Origin: Pseudomonadota bacterium
GTDB lineage: Bacteria > Pseudomonadota > Gammaproteobacteria > Burkholderiales > Burkholderiaceae_F
Direction: 5' to 3'
DNA length: 64,000 nucleotides
NCBI GenBank assembly: GCA_021842465.1
Contig: JAKBZN010000006.1
Coordinates: 4,728 to 68,727 of the forward strand
Of the stretch, positions 37,130 to 45,824 are shown in pieces (position 1 is the first letter of the stretch; the number at the start of each line of letters is the position of its first letter). The notes beneath the pieces were generated by a model. It was not told the DNA's origin and ran no database searches. It worked only from the letters and a program-made list of their open reading frames with translations. Position numbers and translations under genes: made by a program.

Positions 37130-39114
37130 CGCGTCCTCCGATTCCCACCTGCGCGGCATCCGGGACCGGGAAGCGACGTCACGACCACCGTCTCGGCCCC
37201 GACGGACACACTTCGTCGATGCGATGGGCTTTTCCGCATCGCAAGATCGCGCTCCAGCGAATAGGTCGACAGCAGCAACAGCAGTGCTCTGGCCTGGGAG
37301 TAGGGAAGGACCACGCCGCCGTGTCGTGCGCGCTTTCGCCTCTCGAGCAAATATTCGCCGTGCGGCCTTGAGGCCCACGGCAATTCGTCTTTGCGTAGCG
37401 AGTCGGCGAACTCCTGGAACAGCGGATCGGCGTCGCGACTTTGGACGAATGCGACGTCCGGCGCCAGGTACGGCTTCTTGGGACGGTCGACCACGGTGGC
37501 GGGCAGGCCGTCGCGGTATGCGTCGCGCAGGATCTTCTTTTCCGGGCCAGTAGGAGGCAAGTGCCACTCGTGCGGTAGGGATACCGCCAGGGCAACGACG
37601 TCGTCGTCGAGGAACGGGCAGCGGTTCTCGATTCCGGAAGCCAAGGCCATGCGGTCGCCCTGAACCGAGAGCAGGTAGCCGGCAAGCAGTTTCGAGAGTT
37701 CCAGCGCCCGGGCGCGCGCGATGGGGTCGAGGCCGGCAAGGTCGGCGTAGGCTCGTTCTTCGCGTTCCCTCGTCGTGCGGAACGAGATTCCCCGCGCCAA
37801 CGCCGATGCCGCGGTCTTGTTGTTGTAGTACCTCGGCAAATGGGAGTGGAGAACGTCGTTGGGGTTCGAGAAGCGCCCCACCACCGCATGGACCGCCGCG
37901 TTGACGGATTCGCTCCATCCGCCGTACGCCGCCGCGAGATCGGCGGCCACGCTCGGTCGGTCGAGAACGGCGTCACGAAGGAGCACCTCCTTGAAGACCC
38001 CGTACCCAAGAAATATTTCGTCGGCGCCCTCCCCGCTCAAGGCAACGGCATAGCCGTCGGCACGCAGTTGGCGCGCCAGTTGATACATGGGGATGGGCGA
38101 GGCCGTGGGAATCGGCTGCTCGGCGTGGTACACGGCGTCGCGAAATCCGGCTGCGATGGTCGCGGGAGTGGCCACGATCCGGCGGTGGGCGAGGCCCAGG
38201 ATGGTGCAGACCGCATCCTGTTCGGCACTTTCATCGTATTTCGTGTCGGGGAACGCGATGGAATACGCCGTGACCCGGCGTGACACATCGGCGGCGACCT
38301 CCAGTGCGACGATCGAGGAGTCCAGTCCGCCGCTCGCAAGCACCGTCACAGGGCGGTTTGCCCGAGCCCGGCGACGCACGCTCTTTGCGATTCGGTGCCG
38401 CAGCTCGTGTATCGCATCGTCGCGCGACCCCTGGTATCGATGTGCCGGGCGGGGCGCCATGGACGTTCGGGACATCCGCCCATTCCGAATCCAGATGCAT
38501 TCACCGGGGAGAACCTGGCTCACCTCCTGAAATACCGTCCCCGGAGCCGTGACCGCGGACGTCCAGTACAGGGTCGCGAGCGCGTCTTCGTCGTAGCGCA
38601 GCGAGAACCAGGGCAAAGCGAGAAAGGCCTTCATCTCGGAAGCGAATGCGATCATTCCTCCCGACTGCGTGTAATAGAGCGGGCGCTTGCCGAACTCGTC
38701 GCGGGCCAGCAGCACGCCCGCACTCGCTCGGTCGTAATATGCGAGCGCGAATCCGCCGTTGAACCGCTCGACCGCGCGATCCCCCCACTCGCGCAGCGAC
38801 GCCAGCACGACCTCGGTATCGCATCCGCGGCGAAAGCCATTGCCCAGCGATTCCAGTTCCTGCTGAAGTTCGGGCCCGTTGTAGATCTCTCCGTTATAGG
38901 AAATCCAGTGCTGACCGCTGTCGTCGGACATCGGCTGACGGCTCGCATCGCCGCCGGCAATCGCCAGGAGCGCATGACCGAAAACACACTGCTCATCGTG
39001 GACCACTGCCTGCGCATCCGGACCGCGATGGGCGACGTGCGAAACCATTTCGCAAACGATACGCACCGCTCCGGATGGCAGCCGTGGAGAAACGATCCCG
39101 GCAATCCCGCACAT
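37126..39114 (-). CDS. Asparagine synthase (glutamine-hydrolysing)-type amidotransferase, cluster-associated
   Basis: N-terminal MCGIAG, HRGPD, NGEIYN, DTEV, SGGLDSS, SGEGADEIFLGY, GDRM....IE.R.PFLD. Confidence 0.93.
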   Translation of the reverse strand: MCGIAGIVSPRLPSGAVRIVCEMVSHVAHRGPDAQAVVHDEQCVFGHALLAIAGGDASRQPMSDDSGQHWISYNGEIYNGPELQQELESLGNGFRRGCDTEVVLASLREWGDRAVERFNGGFALAYYDRASAGVLLARDEFGKRPLYYTQSGGMIAFASEMKAFLALPWFSLRYDEDALATLYWTSAVTAPGTVFQEVSQVLPGECIWIRNGRMSRTSMAPRPAHRYQGSRDDAIHELRHRIAKSVRRRARANRPVTVLASGGLDSSIVALEVAADVSRRVTAYSIAFPDTKYDESAEQDAVCTILGLAHRRIVATPATIAAGFRDAVYHAEQPIPTASPIPMYQLARQLRADGYAVALSGEGADEIFLGYGVFKEVLLRDAVLDRPSVAADLAAAYGGWSESVNAAVHAVVGRFSNPNDVLHSHLPRYYNNKTAASALARGISFRTTREREERAYADLAGLDPIARARALELSKLLAGYLLSVQGDRMALASGIENRCPFLDDDVVALAVSLPHEWHLPPTGPEKKILRDAYRDGLPATVVDRPKKPYLAPDVAFVQSRDADPLFQEFADSLRKDELPWASRPHGEYLLERRKRARHGGVVLPYSQARALLLLLSTYSLERDLAMRKSPSHRRSVSVGAETVVVTSLPGPGCRAGGNRRTR

Positions 39115-39563
39115 GTCTCGAATCCTTGCTCCCATTGCCCTGCAACGGCTCGCAGAGTCCGTTGCCACGGATGCGGGCACGAGACGGCGCAAGCCAGTGA
39201 TCGACAAACGGATGCTCGCCAAATCGACAAGAGTTGGGAGCCGCTTCGGTAATCTGTGAAACCGGTGAAACTGCCGCGGGGGATGATTCGCGTGGACCGC
39301 GCGAATCTGTTCTTCTCATTGTTTGCGCAATCGTAGGCATCACCTACTGCACTGTCAATGCATTTGACGCGCCCTCACAAGATTTTGTGATGTGTGTCGC
39401 GAAGATTTGCGTTGTTGAATTTCAATTCGAAAGAATCGATCCGGAATCGATCTCAACATCGGAGAGCAATGCCCCACGCCACAACGCCGATCGCGAATTT
39501 CCGATCGAATCGACGAGGTACGACGCGACCGGATCGCAACGCAGGACACGCGCCGGAGATCGG

Positions 39564-41420
39564 CTACGCGACGGCAAGGCCGGATTCGGGCATCCCGCGG
39601 TCGGTTTCGTCATGCTGCTGCAATTCCCACATCCGCGCATACACGCCGCCGCGGGCCAGCAACGAAGGATGATCCCCGGACTCGACGATGCGGCCGCGAT
39701 CCATCACCAGGATCTGGTGGGCCTTGACGACGGTGGAGAGCCGATGCGCGATCACCAGCGTGGTACGGCTGGCGCTTGCCGCCTCGATCTCGGACTGGAT
39801 TGCGCGCTCGGTGCGCGAGTCGAGCGCGGACGTGGCTTCGTCGAAGATCATCAATGGCGGATCCTTGAGCAGGGTGCGCGCAATCGCCACCCGCTGCTTT
39901 TCCCCGCCTGAGAGCTTGAGCCCGCGCTCGCCGACCAGGGTGCGATAGCCGTCCGGCAGGGTTTCGACGAAATCGTGGATGTGGGCCGCGCGCGCCGCGG
40001 CGACGATCTCGTCGTGGCTGGCGCCGGGCCGCCCATAGGCGATGTTGTATTCGATCGATTCGTTGAACAGCACGGTGTCCTGCGGCACGATGCCGATCGC
40101 GGCGCGCAGCGACTTCTGCGTACAGTCGCGAATGTCCTGGCCGCCGATCAACACCGCGCCGCCCTGCACGTCGTAGAAACGGAAGAGCAGGCGGGCGAGG
40201 GTCGACTTTCCGGATCCCGTCGCGCCGACCACGGCACAGGTCGTACGCGCGGGTATCGTGAAGTGGACGTCGTGCAGCACCTGCCGGCGCGGATCGTAGC
40301 CGAACGAAACGTGCACGAAACGCACCTCCGGTGAGCGATCCGGCCCCAACGCGAGGGGGCGCGCGTCGGGGCGGTCCGCCACTTCCCGATTCTGCTGCAG
40401 CAGGCGAAACATCCGGTCCATGTCGGTCAACGCCTGCCGCACTTCGCGGTAAATGACACCGAGAAAATTGAGCGGCGCGTAGAGCTGCAGCATGAATGCG
40501 TTGACCAGCACCAGATCGCCGATCGACATCGCGCCCGAACGCACGCCGAGCGCGGCGCGCCACAGCAGCAGCGTCAGGCCCACCGCGATGATCGCCTGCT
40601 GGCCGCCGTTCAGCAGGTTCAGCGACTGCTGGACCCGCAAGGCGGCGCGCTCCTGCATGGCGAGCGTCGCGTCGTAGCGCTGCGCCTCATACTCCTCGTT
40701 GTTGAAGTACTTCACCGTCTCGTAGTTCAGCAGCGCATCGACGGCATTCGACGACGCCCTGGCATCCAGTTCATTGACCTGGCGGCGGATGCGCGTGCGA
40801 TAGTTGGTGACCAGCAGCGTGAAGACAATGTAGGCCCCGAGACTCGCCGCGACGATGACCGCAAACCAGATTTCGTAGTGCAGCAGGAGATAGCCGAACA
40901 CCACCGCGATCTCGAAAAGCGTCGGCAGGATGGAATAGAGCGTGAAGCTCACGAGCGAGGAAATGCCGCGGATGCCGTGATCGATTTCGCGCGTCACCGC
41001 CCCCGTGCGCCGCTCGAGGTGAAAGCGCAGCGACAGTTCGTGCAGATGGCGAAACGTCTTGAGCGCGAGCTTGCGCACGGTCGCCTGCGTGACCTTGGCA
41101 AAGAAAAACTCGCGCAACTCGGAAAACAGGGACGTCCCCAGGCGCAGCGCGCCGTAGGCGACCACCAGTGCCACCGGCACGAGGGCGGCGTTGGCCGCGG
41201 GAGGAACGGCGAGTGTGTTGACGATGCGCTTCAACAGGATCGGCACGCCGATCAGCGCGAGTTTGCCGAGCACCATGCAGGTCACGGCCAGGGCGACGCG
41301 GACCTTGTATTCCCACAGGTAGGGCAGGAGAAAGCGCAAGGTCTGCCAATCCCGCCGAGGTTCGTCGGGGTTCGCCTGGCTCGCTGCGCCATGGGTGGGC
41401 ATGGGTCGAATTCCGCGCAT
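39564..41420 (-). CDS. Atm1/ABCB7-like ABC transporter (fused permease and ATPase)
   Basis: LSLRFHLERRTGA, LLNYETVKYFNNE, PLNFLG..YRE, GATGSGKS, LSGGEKQRVAIAR, DEATSALD. Confidence 0.93.
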   Translation of the reverse strand: MRGIRPMPTHGAASQANPDEPRRDWQTLRFLLPYLWEYKVRVALAVTCMVLGKLALIGVPILLKRIVNTLAVPPAANAALVPVALVVAYGALRLGTSLFSELREFFFAKVTQATVRKLALKTFRHLHELSLRFHLERRTGAVTREIDHGIRGISSLVSFTLYSILPTLFEIAVVFGYLLLHYEIWFAVIVAASLGAYIVFTLLVTNYRTRIRRQVNELDARASSNAVDALLNYETVKYFNNEEYEAQRYDATLAMQERAALRVQQSLNLLNGGQQAIIAVGLTLLLWRAALGVRSGAMSIGDLVLVNAFMLQLYAPLNFLGVIYREVRQALTDMDRMFRLLQQNREVADRPDARPLALGPDRSPEVRFVHVSFGYDPRRQVLHDVHFTIPARTTCAVVGATGSGKSTLARLLFRFYDVQGGAVLIGGQDIRDCTQKSLRAAIGIVPQDTVLFNESIEYNIAYGRPGASHDEIVAAARAAHIHDFVETLPDGYRTLVGERGLKLSGGEKQRVAIARTLLKDPPLMIFDEATSALDSRTERAIQSEIEAASASRTTLVIAHRLSTVVKAHQILVMDRGRIVESGDHPSLLARGGVYARMWELQQHDETDRGMPESGLAVA

Positions 41421-41584
41421 CGCATCGTTTCCATGGAAGCTGGGAAACCGCCCTTCCGCGCCGCCCTGGCAACCGGACTGCGAGCGAAATGGCTTGCAAC
41501 CGGTTCGCGGCGCGCGCGACAGGTCGGAAACAGTATGATTTTGGCGATTATCGCGCGTTATCCTTCCTCGACATCGGAGAAACC

Positions 41585-41971
41585 ATGATGACCGTCGCCC
41601 TGCCCGAGGAAGCCCCGACGCTGCGCGTCGTGCCCCTGCCTGCCGACGCCAACATGTACGGCGACGTCTTCGGCGGCTGGATCATGTCGCAGGCGGACAT
41701 CGCCGGCGCCATCGCGGCATCGCGCCGCGCCCGCGGCCGGGTCGCGACGGTGGCGGTCACCAGTTTCGTCTTCCATGAGCCGGTCTTCGTCGGCGATCTG
41801 CTGTCGTTCTATGCGCGCCTCCAACGGGTCGGGCGCACGTCGGTGACGGTCGACATCGCCGTCTACGCGGAACGCGCCAACGGAACCGGCGAGCTCATCA
41901 AGGTGACGGAAGCGACGCTGGTGTACGTGCACATCGGCCCCGACCGGCGTCCACAGCCGGTTCCCGAATGA
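41585..41971 (+). CDS. Acyl-CoA thioesterase (YciA-like hotdog)
   Basis: P.DAN.YGDVFGGWIMSQ.D.AG, GRVATVAV, PVFVGD, VG.TS. Confidence 0.92.
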   Translation: MMTVALPEEAPTLRVVPLPADANMYGDVFGGWIMSQADIAGAIAASRRARGRVATVAVTSFVFHEPVFVGDLLSFYARLQRVGRTSVTVDIAVYAERANGTGELIKVTEATLVYVHIGPDRRPQPVPE

Positions 41972-43278
41972 CGCGGCGGCCGCCGCCGCGCGAATTCCTG
42001 CGCGCGCTCTTCGACGCCGCGGTCGCATCCGCGCAGCCGGAGCGCTGCGTCCCTCCACACCTGCCCCATCCCGGGCGCGGCCGCACGATCGTGATCGGCG
42101 CCGGCAAGGCGGCCGCGGCGATGGCCCGCGCGGTCGAAACGCGGCTTCCCGGCCCGATCGCCGGTCTCGTCGTCACCCGCTACGGCCACGCCATCGCCTG
42201 CGATCGGATCGAGGTCGTCGAGGCCGGCCATCCGGTTCCCGACGGTGCCGGTCTTGCGGCAGCCGAGCGCATGCTCCGCCTGGTGCAGGGCCTGGACGCC
42301 GACGATCTGGTGCTATGCCTGCTTTCGGGCGGCGGCTCCGCACTGCTGCCGCTTCCGGTCCCCGGCCTCCCGTTCGCGCACAAGCAGGCGTTGCATCGCG
42401 CCTTGCTCGCGTCGGGCGCAAGCATTCGGGAAATGAATTGCGTGCGACGCCACTGTTCGGCGATCAAGGGGGGGCGCCTTGCCGCCGCGTGCCACCCCGC
42501 GCGGGTCGTGACGCTGGCGATTTCCGACGTGCCGGGAGACGACCCGCTCGACATCGCGTCGGGACCGACGGTGGGCGATCCGACGACCTGCGACGATGCC
42601 CTCGCGGTGTTGCGGCGCTACCGGATTCCGGTTGCCCCCGAAGTCGTCGCGGTGCTGGAAAGCGGGGCGGGAGAGTCCGTCAAGCCGGACGACCCCCGAC
42701 TGGCCGCGGCGGAGTACCGCCTGATCGCCACGCCCCAGGCGGCGCTGGACGCGGCCGCCCACGTGGCACGCGCGTGGGGCGTACCCACCCACATCCTGGG
42801 CGACGCGATCGAAGGCGAGGCGCGCGAACTCGGCACCGCGATGGCCGGCATCGCACTGCAGGTCGCGCGACACCGACAGCCGTTCCCGCCCCCCTGCGTC
42901 CTGCTGTCGGGTGGCGAAACGACCGTCACCCGACCGGGACCCGGACGGGGAGGACGCAACGTCGAATTCCTGCTTGCGCTCGGCATCGCGTTGCGCGAGC
43001 GCCGGGGCGTCGTCGCACTCGCGGGCGACACCGACGGCATCGACGGTACAGAGGCGATCGCCGGCGCCCATCTGGATCCTTCCAGCCTGGCCCGGGCCCG
43101 TGCACTCGGGCGCGTGCCGCGCGACGATCTCGCGCGGCACGATGCACACGCATTCTTCGCGGCGCTCGGCGACTCGCTCGTCACCGGTCCGACGCATACG
43201 AATGTGAATGATTTTCGTGCCATTCTCATCTTCGACGAATCGCGAGATTTCCCGATATCGCTTGCACAGCAGGCATAA
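41968..43278 (+). CDS. Glycerate 2-kinase (TtuD/MOFRL family)
   Basis: GAGKAA, AGHPVPD, SGGGSAL, ISDVPGD, SGGETTV, GGRN.E, DTDGIDG, TGPT.TNVNDF. Confidence 0.93.
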   Translation: MTRRPPPREFLRALFDAAVASAQPERCVPPHLPHPGRGRTIVIGAGKAAAAMARAVETRLPGPIAGLVVTRYGHAIACDRIEVVEAGHPVPDGAGLAAAERMLRLVQGLDADDLVLCLLSGGGSALLPLPVPGLPFAHKQALHRALLASGASIREMNCVRRHCSAIKGGRLAAACHPARVVTLAISDVPGDDPLDIASGPTVGDPTTCDDALAVLRRYRIPVAPEVVAVLESGAGESVKPDDPRLAAAEYRLIATPQAALDAAAHVARAWGVPTHILGDAIEGEARELGTAMAGIALQVARHRQPFPPPCVLLSGGETTVTRPGPGRGGRNVEFLLALGIALRERRGVVALAGDTDGIDGTEAIAGAHLDPSSLARARALGRVPRDDLARHDAHAFFAALGDSLVTGPTHTNVNDFRAILIFDESRDFPISLAQQA

Positions 43279-43327
43279 GTCGTGCCTTACAATTGGCAAC
43301 AAAGGACTGTTCGAACACACCAGCGAG

Positions 43328-44590
43328 ATGGCCACTTCACGGACGCGCGGACAACCGGTGCTGATCCTCGGCGCCGGGCGCGGCGGCACCGCCATGCTCG
43401 AGATGTTTCTCGACGATGAACTGGTGCGAGTGGTCGGCATCGCCGACAAGGACCCGGACGCTCCGGCGTTCGCGCTGGCGCGCGAATACGGAATTCCTGT
43501 CCACCTCGACCCCGAAGAGGCGCTGCGCGCATGCCGGAAATTCGAGCGCTGCATCGTCTACAACCTCACCCATGACGACTCCCTGACCGCAATCGCCCAT
43601 CAGGTTCTTGGGTATCCGGCCGCGACCGCCGGCCCGGAAGCCAAGCTCATCTGGCAGATGGTGACGAATCTGAAGCGGGTCAAGACCGAACTCGAATCGA
43701 GTCAGCGCCAGCTCAAAGCGATCTTCGATCACGCGATGGACGGCATCATCACGATCGACGAATCCGGTGCGATCCAGGGTTTCAATCCGGCGGCGGAAAG
43801 CATCTTCGGATATACCCAGGCAGAAGTGCTGCGCAAGCCGCTCGATCTGCTCCTCCCCGCAACCCATCAGGCCGACCGCACCGCTCCGCTGCAGCGCTTC
43901 CTCGCGCGCCACGACCCGGCGGACGCGCGGGCGGCACAACTGCTGGCGGTGCGCAAGGGCGGCGACGCCTTTCCGATCGAACTGTCCGTTTCGGAAATGG
44001 CGCTCGAGGGAAGGCGGTATTTCATCGGAATCGCCCGCGACATCACCGAGCGCAAGCAGACCGAGGAACGCATCGAGCGCATGGCGCACCATGACTTTCT
44101 CACCGGGCTCGCCAATCGCGCGCTGTTTCGCGACCGGCTCGAGCAGTCGATCGCCCAGGCCGCGCGGCAGGGAACCCGGCTCGCGGTGCTGTTTCTCGAT
44201 CTCGATGGGTTCAAGAACGTCAACGATGCCATCGGCCACGAGGCCGGCGACACGCTGTTGTGCGACGTCGCCGCCCGCCTTCGGCGAATCGTGCGGGCCG
44301 CCGATTCGGTCGCGCGCATCGGCGGCGACGAGTTCACGTTCATCCTCGGCAACCTGCGCGAGCGGACCGATGCCGAACGGGTGGCGCGCAAGATCGTCCA
44401 GGCGATTGCCGAACCGTTTGAAATCAGCGGCAAGTTCTGGTCGGTGGGCGCCAGCATCGGGATCGCGACCTACCCCGACGACGCGCAGGACTATGAAAGC
44501 CTGGTAAAGGCGGCCGATGCGGCGATGTACCAATCGAAGCGCAGCGGCAAGAGCACGTATACCTTTTTCGATTCCGGCGCGTGCAAATAG
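43328..44590 (+). CDS. Diguanylate cyclase with N-terminal Rossmann-like and PAS domains
   Basis: VLILGAGRGG N-terminus; PAS (DGIITID..G.I..FNPAAE.IFGY...ARDITERK); HDFLTGLANR, RIGGDEF. Confidence 0.88.
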   Translation: MATSRTRGQPVLILGAGRGGTAMLEMFLDDELVRVVGIADKDPDAPAFALAREYGIPVHLDPEEALRACRKFERCIVYNLTHDDSLTAIAHQVLGYPAATAGPEAKLIWQMVTNLKRVKTELESSQRQLKAIFDHAMDGIITIDESGAIQGFNPAAESIFGYTQAEVLRKPLDLLLPATHQADRTAPLQRFLARHDPADARAAQLLAVRKGGDAFPIELSVSEMALEGRRYFIGIARDITERKQTEERIERMAHHDFLTGLANRALFRDRLEQSIAQAARQGTRLAVLFLDLDGFKNVNDAIGHEAGDTLLCDVAARLRRIVRAADSVARIGGDEFTFILGNLRERTDAERVARKIVQAIAEPFEISGKFWSVGASIGIATYPDDAQDYESLVKAADAAMYQSKRSGKSTYTFFDSGACK

Positions 44591-44605
44591 GCCTCATCCG
44601 CCAAT

Positions 44606-44708
44606 CTGGATTGCTTCGGGCTTCGCCCTCGCAATGACGGAGTGCCGGGTCGCACGATGACGGTACCGCAACCTCGTCGTCGCGAGGCCCGCAGGGCCGT
44701 GGCGATCC
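44606..44708. repeat. Second copy of the palindromic repeat, arms in swapped order
   Basis: 44606-44639 is identical to 33453-33486; 44675-44708 matches 33409-33442 with 2 mismatches. Confidence 0.8.
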
Positions 44709-44730
44709 ATGTGGGCGACGAAGAACGCAG

Positions 44731-45801
44731 CTACACGCGCAGCACGATCTTCCCGATGTGCTCGCCGCGCTCCATCGTCGCGTGCGCCTGCGCCGCCTGA
44801 TCGAGCGGAAAAACCTGGTACACCACGGGGCGGATCGCCCCCGACGCGACCAACGGCCAGATGCGGTCATGGAGCGCGCGCGCGATTGCGGCCTTCACCA
44901 CCAGCGGGCGCGGACGCAAGGTCGATCCGGTGATGGTGAGACGCCGCGTCATCACCGTCAGCAGGTCCAGCGTTGCCCGGGTGCCCCCTACGGCATTGAT
45001 CAGCACCAGGCGGCCGTCCTCGGCGAGGCTGGCCGTCTCGCGAGAGAGATAGTCGCCGCCCACCATATCGAGGATCACGTCGACACCGCGGCCCGCAGTC
45101 CGCTCACGCACGATGGCGGCGAAGTCCTCGCGGCGGTAGTCGATCGCCCGTTCCGCCCCCAAGCGCTCGCAGGCCGCGCATTTTTCCGCGGTCCCCGCGG
45201 TTGCGAAGACCCGGCATCCGAACGCCGTCGCGAACTGGATCGCCGCCACCCCGATTCCGCCCGCTCCCCCCTGGACCAGAATGCTCTCCCCGGGCCGGAG
45301 TCGAGCGCGGTCGAATACGTTGCTCCAGACGGTGAAGAACGTCTCGGGCAGCGACGCCGCCTCGACATCGGTCAGGCCGGAGGGCACCGGCAGACATTGC
45401 GGGGCCGGAGCGACGCAATACTCGGCGTAGCCGCCGCCCGACACCAGCGCGCAGACACGGTCGCCGAGCACCGGCGTCCATGCCGCCACCCGGCCCCGAT
45501 CACCGTCATGGATGCGCGCGAGATAGGGCGTCGCCCCACCCTCCTGTGCGGCGCTCTCTGCCGGCAGCGGCTCCCCCGGTGGGCCGATCTCGACGACCCG
45601 GCCGGAAACCTCCAGTCCCGGAATGTCGGTCACCCCGGGCGGGGGCGGATAGCGCCCCATTCGCTGGAAGATGTCGGGCCGGTTCACTCCCGCCGCCGCG
45701 ACCTGGATCAGTACTTCACCGGGACCGGGGCGCGGGCGATCGCGTTCGGCAGGCCGCAGCACCTCGGGACCGCCGGGGGCGGAGATTTCGATTGCACGCA
45801 T
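44731..45801 (-). CDS. NAD(P)H-quinone oxidoreductase (PIG3/MDR family)
   Basis: MRAIEI..PGGPEVL, GVNRPD, PGLEVSG, LPETFFTVW, GGAGGIG, GSTLRPR, HIGKIVL. Confidence 0.93.
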   Translation of the reverse strand: MRAIEISAPGGPEVLRPAERDRPRPGPGEVLIQVAAAGVNRPDIFQRMGRYPPPPGVTDIPGLEVSGRVVEIGPPGEPLPAESAAQEGGATPYLARIHDGDRGRVAAWTPVLGDRVCALVSGGGYAEYCVAPAPQCLPVPSGLTDVEAASLPETFFTVWSNVFDRARLRPGESILVQGGAGGIGVAAIQFATAFGCRVFATAGTAEKCAACERLGAERAIDYRREDFAAIVRERTAGRGVDVILDMVGGDYLSRETASLAEDGRLVLINAVGGTRATLDLLTVMTRRLTITGSTLRPRPLVVKAAIARALHDRIWPLVASGAIRPVVYQVFPLDQAAQAHATMERGEHIGKIVLRV

Positions 45802-45824
45802 CGCCCCGTCTCCGCCCATGCCGG

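Noticed and set aside
31037-39114. Calling the cluster an aryl polyene locus or primary fatty acid synthesis
   Set aside because: The APE hallmark genes (AMP ligase, methyltransferase, glycosyl/acyltransferase, MMPL) and the primary FAS context (plsX, fabD) are absent, while an AsnB-like gene is present.
39234-39911. 225-aa plus-strand ORF upstream of the cluster
   Set aside because: It has a TTG start and no motif, overlaps the Atm1-like gene antisense, and spans the probable promoter.
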